IMG/VR virus record: IMGVR_UViG_3300033463_000001
Coordinates: 147,298 to 211,297 of that record
Direction: 5' to 3' (one strand)
Source of the DNA: a virus
Lineage: Duplodnaviria; Heunggongvirae; Uroviricota; Caudoviricetes
Length of the DNA stretch: 64,000 bases
Positions within the stretch are counted from its first letter, which is position 1, and every line of letters starts with the position of its first letter. Below the pieces are notes generated by a model, which was not told where the DNA came from, did not search any database, and worked only from the letters and a program-made list of their open reading frames with translations. The translations under genes were made by a program, and so were the position numbers. This document shows, piece by piece, positions 25,114-36,446 of the stretch.

Positions 25114-28100
25114 ATGAGCGTTCAGACAGGAGGAGTATACAAATATAATTTACCGACCATTGAACAAGTGCTTAGTAAGAAGATAGGCCACTCCCTATCA
25201 CAAAACAGGTACTCGGTTAATGGTCTTGGTGCTATTGATGATAATTTAGGGTGGTTCTATAACGATGCTGTACGTAGTAAGTATAGCAATTATCTTAACT
25301 ATGTAAACGACACGTATTTCAAATATGAGCCGTCTCCTAGCGTCGTTCATCCTTTCAGCGAACCGATTCATCAATTAGATTACTACTTCGGTTCAGTAAC
25401 TCCGGACACTCAAACCGGTCTGTATGGGCGTGAGAAAGGTAAAGACACACTCTACAATACCTACAACACGACTAAGATGCTTCGGCAAATCTATCGTGGT
25501 AAAGGTATTTCTTACGGTGTAAACGATTTGCTTGGCCTTGTTGGGCATCTCAATGGATTCGATATGACCATTGACCCACATACTGGACGTGCTGCATCGT
25601 TCGATTATCTATATGAGGTTTACAGGGGTTCTGAATACACATCCGGAAACCGTTCCGACTATGAGGATATTTCTGCCTATTTCAATATAGACCAAGGATA
25701 TAGTACGTACACGTTGACTGTTGGTGACGAACTCGCTCAGAATACAGTTGATGCGTTGCGTTCTAACTTGCACTATGGTGAAAACGTACTTGCTGACAGT
25801 GGCATTGGTAATAAGTACCTTGCCGATAGGCGCTATGACTATGCTTTTACACAGAGTTTATACCTTGAGAATGTTACAATCAACCCAATTGTAACAACAT
25901 ACGTTTACAAAGAGGCTGATGGTGCAGATAGAGAAAGGGATGATTCTGAGTCAGAAGTACATTTGGGTCGTACCGGCTCATATGTAGGCTTAACTGAGGA
26001 GTTTACCGGAAATGATAATATTGTTTCCAAAACGAATAAACTTTTCAACACGATTGATAAGGGTACAATGACGAGTCAGTATCGCACAATGATATCTCGT
26101 TTCTACAATAAAGACACAGAGTCTACAGAGATACAAACTGCAGGTACTGAACAGTATGGTCTTTCGCATGGCCGCAATCTGTTGGCAGCGAAACCAGCAA
26201 TATACAATGGTTACGAAGACCCGTATTGTCGTGTTTGGACTCACCACCATCAATACAGTAGTTATGATAAAGCAATTCGTCCATTTACAGATGACGGTGA
26301 CGTTGTGACTGCAGAGATGCTGGAAACAACTTATCGATGGGATAGTTTCCGCGTAAAGGGCTCCGGTAAAATCCTTGATGAAAATACCGTATTACACAGG
26401 GAGAGTAATACGTTACGTATTGCTCCTATGTACAATGATTCTGGTGAGATGGTAAAAGACGCTGTGAAGCGTTGTATGTTCTCTATTGAGAATTTGGCCT
26501 GGAAGGATAACACAACATATCTACATAAAGAACAGCGCGGTCCTTTAGGTGGGCGTATCATGTGGTTCCCTCCGTATGGCCTGTCGTTTAACGAAAACAC
26601 ACAGGTTCAATGGAATCCGAATGAGTTCATTGGGCGTGGAGAGAAGATATACACATATGTCAACTCTGAACGTGGTGGAAATATAGACTTTACGTTATTG
26701 ATTGACCACCCGACTATTGTTGACCACTGGAGTGAGGAAGCTGCTAAAATTCAGCAAGGACCGCTCGACAATGTCGATAGCGACCAACCGATACTGCGTT
26801 ACTACGCCGGCTGTTTTGTACCGAGTACGGATATTCCAAAACCGAAAAAACGCAAGTATAAACTTAAACTCAAAAAAGAGAAGATACGCGAGCTTCTTAA
26901 ACCGACAAAGAAGGTTGTTTTCTTTGCGTTCTATCCGAATAACTATAGCGGCCAGGAGAGCAAGAATGTTACCAACCTATTAACATATGTTGATGGTAGT
27001 TATGTTACATCACAGGTAGACCTCTCGAAGGATGTTGATTTCCCAATCAATTACCTATTGTTCGGCGCAGGGACACAAGACGTATACGTTACATCAAAAG
27101 ATGATGATACTTTGTATACCTTAAATCCAATGGCTCAAACAAGTGGTGCAACAGTTCCACTTACATATTTTATTACCAAGAATGTAACTTCTCCAGATAG
27201 GGATTTATATGAAACTGCGGATTTTAGCGAGATTTTTGACAACGGAAACTGGGATTATTCCGGTTATGAAACCTGTATGATTCTTGAACAGAGCTCTGAT
27301 ACTAAGGGTTTAAGTAGGATTAAACAACCTAGTTCAGCAAAAATCCAAGGTGATGCTGGGACATATGGGCGGAAAAAAGGTGAGCAAAAAAATAAAGATT
27401 GTAAAATATCCACTCTATATGTTAACGGCGAACCAATTAATGATAAAAAACCATTAGGTTATTGCACCGGTATGCTCCTTGTTGACACCGACTCAGGTGA
27501 TACCATGGATGCACCATTTATATTTGCATCAATGCAAGAAGAGAAAGGCGGGACAAAACGTAATGTATTCCACCGTGTAGATAATTACTATCGTGTATCA
27601 GGTGAAAATAAAGGTGAACGCGTAAAGTGGGAAAATTATTGCGATAGCAACTCGTTTGGTTTTAATACAACAGATGGCCTTAATGCTGTTAGTTCCGTAT
27701 ACAAAACACGTATAGCAGAAGCAAAAGCTGATGGTGTTGACACTATTGTTTGTTCGCTTGCTGATATTGCCAGTGTGGTAAATACAGACCAGCAATGGAT
27801 GAAAACAACTACATCGCGATATACAAACCAATCAACGTGCGAATTGCTTGATGCAGTGCTGAATAATACAACCGATAAAAAATACATCATCAGTGCAATC
27901 AACGTAGTCGGACACGCAAGTAGACATGGTCATAACGAAGCCGGTAATGACAGAAATAGTAGTTTGTCAGGTAGACGTGCTGGTACTGTGCTGAATTGGC
28001 TAAAAACAAAGTTAGCAGATAAAATATCTTTTGCTAAAGAATGTGACGCTGTAAACTTTAATGTTGTGACCGGAGGATACACTCTAACAGAAAATTCTCC

Positions 28101-28881
28101 TGATGTAAATCTAGCGAATGCAAAAATACAACGTAGTGCAGAGAGTACGATTTCGTTCATTAGCGAAGAGAATGCTCAGATATATCATGATTTAATATCA
28201 GTTGATGGGAATGAACAAGAGTTTGAAGGTAGTGATGAAGAGTGGGAAGAGTTCAAACGTCAAAAAGAATCTCAGGGATATACAGTTATATTGTTAACTG
28301 ACCCGAACAACCTTGTTGAAAGTACTGACGCTGGTGGATATGGTGATGAGTATACGTTTTTCAAAGAACTAAAGCACGAAGACCCGTTTGTGTTTAAAAA
28401 GCTTATTGATAAGATAAAGCATTTTGACCCAGCATACCACAGCATATCACCCGAAGGTTTCACAGAACGTTTAACATTCTTGCAACAGTGCTGTCGTCAG
28501 AGTGCCACACGACATGGCGGAAGGAAAGCAGATAACCTTGCATTCGGCCGGCCTCCGGTATGTGTACTTCGATTGGGTGACTTCTACTACACAAAGATAA
28601 TCATCGAGAACATCCAGTTGAACTTTGATGATACAACGTGGGATATGAACCCAGAAGGAAATGGTGTACAACCAATGTACGTTAAGGTGTCAATCGCATT
28701 TAAGTTCCTCGGTGGTTCCGACATTCAAGGACCTATTGCACGTCTGCAGGATGCACTTTCATATAACTACTATGCGAATATGGGTATGGTTAGTGAATAT
28801 GCGGAGAGTCAGGTATATGATGAGAATGGTAAACCGACTTCGTTTAAGGCGAATAGGATATTAACAGCAAAACAATCGTAA
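25114..28881 (+). CDS. Tail-tube-initiator / baseplate protein with inserted OmpA-like domain
   Basis: IMWFPPYGLSFNENTQVQWNPNEFIGRGEKIYTY and PPVCVLRLGDFY...IIENIQLNF tube-like halves; VGHASR...N.SLSGRRAGTVLNWL in between. Confidence 0.7.
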   Translation: MSVQTGGVYKYNLPTIEQVLSKKIGHSLSQNRYSVNGLGAIDDNLGWFYNDAVRSKYSNYLNYVNDTYFKYEPSPSVVHPFSEPIHQLDYYFGSVTPDTQTGLYGREKGKDTLYNTYNTTKMLRQIYRGKGISYGVNDLLGLVGHLNGFDMTIDPHTGRAASFDYLYEVYRGSEYTSGNRSDYEDISAYFNIDQGYSTYTLTVGDELAQNTVDALRSNLHYGENVLADSGIGNKYLADRRYDYAFTQSLYLENVTINPIVTTYVYKEADGADRERDDSESEVHLGRTGSYVGLTEEFTGNDNIVSKTNKLFNTIDKGTMTSQYRTMISRFYNKDTESTEIQTAGTEQYGLSHGRNLLAAKPAIYNGYEDPYCRVWTHHHQYSSYDKAIRPFTDDGDVVTAEMLETTYRWDSFRVKGSGKILDENTVLHRESNTLRIAPMYNDSGEMVKDAVKRCMFSIENLAWKDNTTYLHKEQRGPLGGRIMWFPPYGLSFNENTQVQWNPNEFIGRGEKIYTYVNSERGGNIDFTLLIDHPTIVDHWSEEAAKIQQGPLDNVDSDQPILRYYAGCFVPSTDIPKPKKRKYKLKLKKEKIRELLKPTKKVVFFAFYPNNYSGQESKNVTNLLTYVDGSYVTSQVDLSKDVDFPINYLLFGAGTQDVYVTSKDDDTLYTLNPMAQTSGATVPLTYFITKNVTSPDRDLYETADFSEIFDNGNWDYSGYETCMILEQSSDTKGLSRIKQPSSAKIQGDAGTYGRKKGEQKNKDCKISTLYVNGEPINDKKPLGYCTGMLLVDTDSGDTMDAPFIFASMQEEKGGTKRNVFHRVDNYYRVSGENKGERVKWENYCDSNSFGFNTTDGLNAVSSVYKTRIAEAKADGVDTIVCSLADIASVVNTDQQWMKTTTSRYTNQSTCELLDAVLNNTTDKKYIISAINVVGHASRHGHNEAGNDRNSSLSGRRAGTVLNWLKTKLADKISFAKECDAVNFNVVTGGYTLTENSPDVNLANAKIQRSAESTISFISEENAQIYHDLISVDGNEQEFEGSDEEWEEFKRQKESQGYTVILLTDPNNLVESTDAGGYGDEYTFFKELKHEDPFVFKKLIDKIKHFDPAYHSISPEGFTERLTFLQQCCRQSATRHGGRKADNLAFGRPPVCVLRLGDFYYTKIIIENIQLNFDDTTWDMNPEGNGVQPMYVKVSIAFKFLGGSDIQGPIARLQDALSYNYYANMGMVSEYAESQVYDENGKPTSFKANRILTAKQS

Positions 28882-28882
28882 T

Positions 28883-29200
28883 ATGTCATATAACAGATAT
28901 AGTAAGTTTATCAGTGGAAATAATGTGGAAATCGTGCCGTTTATTCCTATTCGACACAGAGCCACTGATATGTACACTGAGTATGAACATAACAGGACAC
29001 GCCTCGATGTTCTCTCTAATGAGTTCTATGGAGACGCGTCCTACGGTTGGCTTATTCTACAGGCAAACCCGGAATTACGCAGTTGCGAATTTGAGATAGA
29101 CGGTTCCGTTGAGGTGAGGATTCCGTTCCCGCTTGAAGAGGTCATTGCTGGATACGAGAAAGATATCGACAAACACAAATTATACTACGGTAGTAATTAA
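28883..29200 (+). CDS. LysM-like / baseplate wedge small protein (gp53/P2 gpX-like)
   Basis: RTRLDVLSNEFYGDASYGWLILQANP. Confidence 0.75.
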   Translation: MSYNRYSKFISGNNVEIVPFIPIRHRATDMYTEYEHNRTRLDVLSNEFYGDASYGWLILQANPELRSCEFEIDGSVEVRIPFPLEEVIAGYEKDIDKHKLYYGSN

Positions 29201-32200
29201 TGGCAGAATACAGTACATACATTGACCCGGCTCAACTTTACACAGCACAGTCAGACAGAGGATTGGTTGCTGTTACTCCAGCGTTGGAGGACATGAGTGT
29301 TGCGGTCGACCTGGAAGTGGAATGCCCTAGGCGTAACAACAAGGCAATCACTGATAATGGTAAGTTCATCTTGCAGTTCTACACAACTGAAAAGGTGGAC
29401 GGTCAGAGTACTGTGTCGTTTTTGGGCGGTAGCCAGTTTACGGACGCTAAAACAAGCACTAAGCTGCGTTACCTTACAAACAATGGCATTGAGTACGTGT
29501 ACGGAGACGAAAAGAACGATGAGATGTTTGGTATCAAGTCAATCTTTATCGACTACTCTACATTTTTCGTGCCGAACATCACAATCGAGTTTGCCGATGT
29601 GCGCGGCGCATCGCTATTTAGTATAGAGGAGGCAGCACACCAGGGGCAAGGCAGTTCTATTGGTAATGAGAATGGAAGTACAGACGTTGTTCGCTCATTC
29701 TTTGAGTGTTTCTTCCGCTTCCCGTATCCGACATTCAGGCTAAAGGTAAAAGGCATCTACGGCAAACCTGTTTCATATGAGTTGATGTGCTTGAAGTGTA
29801 CAAGTGACTTCGATTCATCTACCGGCAACTATAACGTAACAGCCAACATGGTTGGTTACGCTTACTCTCTGCTTAATGATATCACGCTTAACGCGCTGAT
29901 TGCGGCTCCGAACGAGAAACACGATACTGGTTCGTGGGGTGCAGACTATTGGAATGCGACTTTTGAAGGTCGCCCGCTTCCTTATGGTCATGGTAACTTC
30001 AAAAAGTTTAGCGACATCCTTGTTAACATTACACTAGCTCAGAACGAGATTGAACATGTCCGCACTGAGATAGATGAAGACCGCTCCAAGGTTTCTCAAC
30101 TGATGGAGACTTTGGCAATGATGCAAACGCATCTTCGCAAGATTAAAGGTTATTTACAGTCATTTTTTGAAACCAGGAAGTGGCAAGTAAACCCATATAT
30201 TGACAAAGACGAAAGCGTTACGTTTTTCGGTGCGGATGTTGCTAGTGTTGTTGACAATGGCAGTCCGACACTAAAAGCTCTTGAAACGTATATTAACGAA
30301 AACAGAGTTCTACCTGGCTATGATAATGCTGATTTTCGTTCTGCTGGTGATGAAATAAAACAACTACGTGCAATTGTACAAGAGTATCAGACATTGGCAG
30401 CATCTAACGGAGATGGAACTGCATTACCTGAAGATATCATCGAACAACTAACAACACCGTCTAAATATGTAAAATATACAGGTAAGTTAACATATACGAT
30501 AACTGGCGGTGGCTTATATCACACCACTAAAAATACATTTGAGAAATTACAATCTTGGAATATAATTAGCAATGGTACCGAAGGGGAACACATGTTTAAT
30601 GTTAACCAGGTGAGTGATGATGTTGTAGAAACCAGTAACGAAGATATTCCGCTTGTTGTATCTTCTGCTGCAACACCATATGATGCTTCTATTTTACAAT
30701 TCCCTAGTGCAACACCAATGTCTAGTTGGAACTATGCAGATGGTACTGATTATTATGTTTATGTTATCGATACAACTGAAGCATATAACACTATAGGTGA
30801 TATATATGCTCACTATACAGACTATCAAAGAGATACAACTCGTGCACACGAGCGGCTTGCTAATCTATATGAGACAAAATTAGGGTTTAAACCTAGTATT
30901 GGTAATATAGCAGCAATCATATGCGCACACATAGAGACATTTTTGCATTGTATTAAGGCGTGTGAAGATTCTATTTATTCTGATGAAATTTGGACGAAAC
31001 GTGTGATGTCATTGTTAAATAACATGACAGACATTGCAAATGCATCCAAACATTTGCCTCCATTCCCGATGGTAACAGAGAATAAAGATGGACGACTTGT
31101 TAGGAGTTGGCCTGGAAGTCTTCCGGAAAATAGTCGTGCGTACATGCCGGAAATCCACCTTATTAATGGATTTTTGAATGGTATATCAGAACTAAGCGAT
31201 GCTTTTTCTAACGCTCAAGACCAATTAATTACAGAAATTGAGCAGGAAAAAACCCCGGCGTTGTTTAGCAATGATATAGACATTCCGTGTCCGCTGTTTC
31301 CAAATGATTTTATTTGTACTATCGATGATAGGAAAAATGACGAAGTTTTAACACCATTTGGTGTTGACCCGTATGATTATACTAAACAAACAGACCCAAA
31401 TCAAGCGATTAATGGGCTTATGTGTCGTTACTATAGTAATTTTAGCGTTGGTCTTTCAGAAAAACAAAAGGGTATTATTGATGGTGTAAATTACGCATAT
31501 TATTATGGCAATAATATTGGTAATATCGCAAATGATTCGTTCCTATCAAAACTATCTTCTGCAGAACCATCATATAAAATTTCATCTGAAAGCGAGACAA
31601 AGCGCAAAGCAATGCCTTTTATGAATTATAAGCTAGACGATACATCAAAAGAAAAAGCTTATAAGTCACTTAATTCGTATAGTTCTAACTATCCGCAATA
31701 TTACGTGCGCTATAATCTTCAGAACGATTTAAAATTTGCAGTTGCGAATAAACAATTATTCAAAGCTTATAATTATAACGAGTTTAAAACAATGTTAACT
31801 GCGAAACTTGGGGCAATGCCACCTGAAGCTCGCGAGATATTGTCAGGCAATCATGCACTTTATAATAATCAATTAGATGGGTACCAAGCACATACAGACA
31901 ATGTGGAAGGCATGCATGGTATTTACCATTACTACTATGACGAGGATAGTTTTTGCTCAAATACGCTAGGAACTCATATATATAAGGGAAGATTTGCACG
32001 ATTTGTTAATGTTGGCGATGTGACAAAAATACCGTTTTACGAGTCAAATTGGTGGACAGGCGGTGATTTAAAAAATATAGACACGACAACAGGACAGGTG
32101 ACTGATGGTGTTCAAGGTCCATACGAAGAGGATATTTTACCATTTGATGATGCGATGCTTGATAAAATGAGCATAATGTATTTTGAAACAACATTTTCAA

Positions 32201-34482
32201 AACCATCATATTATGGATTAACGAGTATTCATGAGAAAGCTGTTAGGTTTTTGTCATCTATTTTCATTGGTAGGGAAACGAAATTTTATGGTGGCAATCC
32301 GAGCCAAAACATAATTCTAAATGATGGTAGCACACTTGGTGCTTGTTATATTCAAAACACGGCAGGCTTTTTATTGCAAGGTGCACAACTTGCTCTTAAA
32401 GCAGAAAGAGAGAATACGCCAGTTGCTAATTATAAAAATTATAGCCAAAAACAGAAATATCTACTAGAAAAATATGAAGAGTGGTTAGATATGCCAGAAG
32501 TTGGCTTTAAATACATTATGAACCGGTACGAGTTGAAAGACGAAACTGGGCAAGTTTACACAGAGGAAATGGCGAAAAAATTATTTGACTACATCAGTAG
32601 CGCTCAAAAAACTAACGATTTTTTGGTCAATGTAGAAAGCATTGTTGCATCCAGACCGGATAATATTACAATTTCAAATAATTTATTTGGCCTTGGTGAT
32701 AAAACATACACGTCCTACGTTGAATACTCTACTGCTGGTGATAATAATTGTATTATTTTTTACAATAACCCAAATCCTGCCCATCAAAAGATAAGTAAAT
32801 TCTTCCTTACGCCTTGTATTATTTTTGACCTACATGGATGCTATTCTAATTTTAATGATATCAACAACAGCAAACCGTCAAAAGACTATCTAGATAATAT
32901 CCAGGATGGGTATAAAAAAACTTTTAGCCAAATTACGGCAACTCAACACGAGCTCGAACGTGAAGCGGCTAGTGAGCAAGTTAGCATGGATATTAACCGC
33001 AACATCTTCGCAAATGACGATGTTCATGTCGGTTTGTATACGTACATAAAAACATTATACGACAGATGGCTTTGTGGAAATACCGGCCGCGATGGTGGCG
33101 GAAGTTTAATGTCGTATGATAAGTTGTACGGCTATGATAATTTCTACACGAAGCACTTCAAATTTATTGATACCTACTATAACAAGGTAGGTGATTTGCT
33201 TGTTGTTAATATTGGGCACATTATGGAACAGATAGAGTATAGCCTAAGCAACGATACAATGTCTTTGCTTGAGTTTATTACTGGAATTTGTACCAAAAAC
33301 AATGTCCAATTCCTGTGTGTTCAAAATTTCTCAGACTTCGGAAGTACAGATGCAAAGCATAATCCAATTGTTGACGCGTTTAAGGCGATACCGTATTCGC
33401 AGGCCGGGATGGACACATTGACGACTATACCTGATTTTGTCTTCTTATATGCAAACCAACCGTCGCAGAATCTAGATATCAGTGGTGATGGTGATTACGA
33501 ATACTCAGACGACAGTTTTGATGTATCAGATGATGCTATAATGAGCAACCTATGTATTCCGAACCGTCGAGAATGTAAAATACCAGCATTCGCTGTTAAC
33601 TATGGTTCGATGTATCAACATTTCTTCAAGGACATCCATGTTGGTATGGACAGCTCAATGGCAACGGAACAATCAATCAAGGCGACGTTCCTGATAGCAA
33701 ACGCTAACGCGAACACTGATACGAACGAAATAGTTAGCCCGATTGGTCAGGACTTATATAGTATTTACTCAGTGAACTCTTATAAGTGTGAGTTAACAAT
33801 GCTTGGTAGTGCATGGATACAACCATTGATGTACTTCCAGTTAAATAACATACCAATGTATCATGGCTCGTACCAAATCAAGAAGGTTACGCATCAGATA
33901 ACTCCTGGTAATATGACCACACATATTATTGGTGTGCGCCAGGCGAAGATAGGTAACCGGTTTATCACTGATTACTTTATGGATGCGACTAACATGACCG
34001 GCATGGCAGGTTCTCTTGATTATTCAGCCAAATCATCAGTCGCAAATTACAATAATGATTGTGGTTATGAGTATTGCAATGTGAATACAAACACAAATGA
34101 AGACGACTCGCTAAATCACTCTGTTGTTATAGACGTACTCAAAGCACACAAAGTTCCGTCCGGAACCACCAATGATGACACAATGAGTATGTACGATGCT
34201 ATTTTATCTGGTGTTATCAACACGGCCAAGGACAACAACTGCCATAACAATGAGACAGCCGTTAAGTTGATAGCGTCTGTTGTGTACTGCCGTATTAAGA
34301 GTAATGACCTCGAAATTGGTGGTATTGATAAACTTTTCGCCTCGAACGAACCAATCAACTGGAAACGCAACAAGATTAATGAGACAACGTACAAGAACCA
34401 AGTGAAATGGGTTAAAGAAATATTTACATCGTCACCTCTTTCACTAAAGGGTAAGGAATACGATTCAGATTATAGTAGTTAA
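29200..34482 (+). CDS. Large baseplate hub protein
   Basis: FGIKSIFI..F.PNITIEFADVRGASLF, YPTFRLKVKGIYGKPV; C-terminal CELTMLGSAWIQPLMYFQLNNIPMYHGSYQIKKVTH...MTTHIIGVR hub-like fold. Confidence 0.7.
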   Translation: MAEYSTYIDPAQLYTAQSDRGLVAVTPALEDMSVAVDLEVECPRRNNKAITDNGKFILQFYTTEKVDGQSTVSFLGGSQFTDAKTSTKLRYLTNNGIEYVYGDEKNDEMFGIKSIFIDYSTFFVPNITIEFADVRGASLFSIEEAAHQGQGSSIGNENGSTDVVRSFFECFFRFPYPTFRLKVKGIYGKPVSYELMCLKCTSDFDSSTGNYNVTANMVGYAYSLLNDITLNALIAAPNEKHDTGSWGADYWNATFEGRPLPYGHGNFKKFSDILVNITLAQNEIEHVRTEIDEDRSKVSQLMETLAMMQTHLRKIKGYLQSFFETRKWQVNPYIDKDESVTFFGADVASVVDNGSPTLKALETYINENRVLPGYDNADFRSAGDEIKQLRAIVQEYQTLAASNGDGTALPEDIIEQLTTPSKYVKYTGKLTYTITGGGLYHTTKNTFEKLQSWNIISNGTEGEHMFNVNQVSDDVVETSNEDIPLVVSSAATPYDASILQFPSATPMSSWNYADGTDYYVYVIDTTEAYNTIGDIYAHYTDYQRDTTRAHERLANLYETKLGFKPSIGNIAAIICAHIETFLHCIKACEDSIYSDEIWTKRVMSLLNNMTDIANASKHLPPFPMVTENKDGRLVRSWPGSLPENSRAYMPEIHLINGFLNGISELSDAFSNAQDQLITEIEQEKTPALFSNDIDIPCPLFPNDFICTIDDRKNDEVLTPFGVDPYDYTKQTDPNQAINGLMCRYYSNFSVGLSEKQKGIIDGVNYAYYYGNNIGNIANDSFLSKLSSAEPSYKISSESETKRKAMPFMNYKLDDTSKEKAYKSLNSYSSNYPQYYVRYNLQNDLKFAVANKQLFKAYNYNEFKTMLTAKLGAMPPEAREILSGNHALYNNQLDGYQAHTDNVEGMHGIYHYYYDEDSFCSNTLGTHIYKGRFARFVNVGDVTKIPFYESNWWTGGDLKNIDTTTGQVTDGVQGPYEEDILPFDDAMLDKMSIMYFETTFSKPSYYGLTSIHEKAVRFLSSIFIGRETKFYGGNPSQNIILNDGSTLGACYIQNTAGFLLQGAQLALKAERENTPVANYKNYSQKQKYLLEKYEEWLDMPEVGFKYIMNRYELKDETGQVYTEEMAKKLFDYISSAQKTNDFLVNVESIVASRPDNITISNNLFGLGDKTYTSYVEYSTAGDNNCIIFYNNPNPAHQKISKFFLTPCIIFDLHGCYSNFNDINNSKPSKDYLDNIQDGYKKTFSQITATQHELEREAASEQVSMDINRNIFANDDVHVGLYTYIKTLYDRWLCGNTGRDGGGSLMSYDKLYGYDNFYTKHFKFIDTYYNKVGDLLVVNIGHIMEQIEYSLSNDTMSLLEFITGICTKNNVQFLCVQNFSDFGSTDAKHNPIVDAFKAIPYSQAGMDTLTTIPDFVFLYANQPSQNLDISGDGDYEYSDDSFDVSDDAIMSNLCIPNRRECKIPAFAVNYGSMYQHFFKDIHVGMDSSMATEQSIKATFLIANANANTDTNEIVSPIGQDLYSIYSVNSYKCELTMLGSAWIQPLMYFQLNNIPMYHGSYQIKKVTHQITPGNMTTHIIGVRQAKIGNRFITDYFMDATNMTGMAGSLDYSAKSSVANYNNDCGYEYCNVNTNTNEDDSLNHSVVIDVLKAHKVPSGTTNDDTMSMYDAILSGVINTAKDNNCHNNETAVKLIASVVYCRIKSNDLEIGGIDKLFASNEPINWKRNKINETTYKNQVKWVKEIFTSSPLSLKGKEYDSDYSS

Positions 34483-34489
34483 CAGCGCT

Positions 34490-36442
34490 ATGCCGAATAA
34501 GTTAAAAGAATCACAACTAACAAAAATACGCAATTTCCGATTCAATGGAGAGTATGGTAGGTCTGGCATTAAAGTCGGGTCTTTATATGTCGAGGTTGGA
34601 ACTGAATCGATGTTCACTAAAACAACACAGACACAGCAAGAAAATCCGAACGGTCTTACCGATTTGGCTGTTCAGTTGTTCAATGCTATTGACGGAACAA
34701 AAAATATTACAGGCGTAATCAAAGACTGCAAACTTACGATAGGTGTCCTAGATGCAAACAGTACAAATAAGAACCAGTTCACGATTACATCAGACAAAAC
34801 TGATGCGTACAAAACCCTATTTGATATAATTTTAAGTACATACTATGATTATTTTTCAGCACTGATTTGGATGTACGGCGGTGAGTCTAATCAACGTCTT
34901 GTTGTCACAGCATGCGACCAGAAAGGTAATAATCGAGAGGCTAGGAAAGTATATTGCATGAATGCAAACCGACAGATGCTTGGTTTCGATTCAACATATC
35001 CAGAAGGATTCATTGCTGCTCTAAAGAAGAAATATATGTTGGATAAGTTTGCCACACCATACGATTACTTCAAAAAGAATGGTAAAAATGTGTATTTCAC
35101 AGACTGTTCCAATTTTATAACCGTTGTAACAGGAGAGTTAGGGGACGATAAGAAGGCCGCATTCAATAAGTTGTTTAATGACGTTCATATCAGCGACTGT
35201 GCAGAGGTTCTTCCAAGTACGATGCCGGAAGGTAATAACAGTGGGTGGATGGCTGCGGTTAAACGTGTATGGATGGGTTATACAAAAGACTCAAGCGCTG
35301 GTGGACTATTCAATGGTGGTAATACGTGGGGAGCAACTGCAGTGCAGGACATAACTCGTATTAGAGCTGCAGGTATCCAGGCTGCTACATACTGCCGTGC
35401 GGATTGCTCAGGCTTTGTCGGTGCTTGTCTACAGGAATATTTAGGTCCTGGAACAGCAAGAAAACAAATTGGTGGCCTTGCTCTAACAACTGCTTCATAT
35501 CACGCAAGTAAACCAAACATACCAAATTTCAAAAAATACACATCCGGATTGTCTTCGATGACATTCCCGCAGGGAACAATCATCATTATGCATGGTGGTG
35601 GGGAACATCATGCCACTATCGTTGCAGACTACGAAAAAGACAGGTTCTACGATTATGGAAATCCGAGAAACGAAACACGATTTGCAAAATACTGCAAGAA
35701 CGGTGTAAAACCAAACAGGAAAGCCGGTGACCCTGTTTGTATGGGCAATGGTGTCCATAAAGCTAAAAATACTTTTGTTGTAGCATATGTTCCTTTAACT
35801 GACGGCTCAAACCAATATGTCACAAAATCAACAGAAGGCCAAAATGTCACACTTCAGGCAGACACACAATCACGCGCTGCAAAATGTGTGAAATATCTAT
35901 ACGATAATGTGTTTAATGAAGGTGATACTACTATGCGTAGATATGCAACTTGCGCACTTGTCGGAAACCTTATGCAAGAGAGTGGTATTAAACCCGATAT
36001 CAAAAACAGTCTTGGCGCGTTCGGTATAGCACAATGGCTTTCTGCCAGTTATCAAGAAAAACTATACAAGCATCTTACCGGGCAAACCAAAACAGCAAGC
36101 AAAGACGGTGCACTTGGTAATGATTTAAAGGCTGCAGTTACACCGCTGGCAGATAAAGGTCTTAGTAAAGAGCTGACATTCCTTGGGGATATGCTGCGAG
36201 GGTCTAATAATGCACTACGCAGATATATGCTTGGTTTGCAAACAAAAAGTGGAGTTGCTCCAGCATCTATATTGTCACATCTTGAAAATCAACTGTCGTT
36301 ATCTACGCAATCACTGTTAATGAAAGAAGTTGAATCATTCTGTCGCGTATACGAACGTCCGGGTGAACACGAGATGAAACTACAGACTCGTTTGAACTAC
36401 GCAACAACTTTCTTTAACAATTGGAGTACCTATTATTCTTAA
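34490..36442 (+). CDS. Virion-associated peptidoglycan hydrolase: NlpC/P60-like Cys peptidase + tail-lysozyme domain
   Basis: ADCSGFVGACL and HHATIV; ALVGNLMQESG, GAFGIAQW, YERPG. Confidence 0.75.
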   Translation: MPNKLKESQLTKIRNFRFNGEYGRSGIKVGSLYVEVGTESMFTKTTQTQQENPNGLTDLAVQLFNAIDGTKNITGVIKDCKLTIGVLDANSTNKNQFTITSDKTDAYKTLFDIILSTYYDYFSALIWMYGGESNQRLVVTACDQKGNNREARKVYCMNANRQMLGFDSTYPEGFIAALKKKYMLDKFATPYDYFKKNGKNVYFTDCSNFITVVTGELGDDKKAAFNKLFNDVHISDCAEVLPSTMPEGNNSGWMAAVKRVWMGYTKDSSAGGLFNGGNTWGATAVQDITRIRAAGIQAATYCRADCSGFVGACLQEYLGPGTARKQIGGLALTTASYHASKPNIPNFKKYTSGLSSMTFPQGTIIIMHGGGEHHATIVADYEKDRFYDYGNPRNETRFAKYCKNGVKPNRKAGDPVCMGNGVHKAKNTFVVAYVPLTDGSNQYVTKSTEGQNVTLQADTQSRAAKCVKYLYDNVFNEGDTTMRRYATCALVGNLMQESGIKPDIKNSLGAFGIAQWLSASYQEKLYKHLTGQTKTASKDGALGNDLKAAVTPLADKGLSKELTFLGDMLRGSNNALRRYMLGLQTKSGVAPASILSHLENQLSLSTQSLLMKEVESFCRVYERPGEHEMKLQTRLNYATTFFNNWSTYYS

Positions 36443-36446
36443 AATG

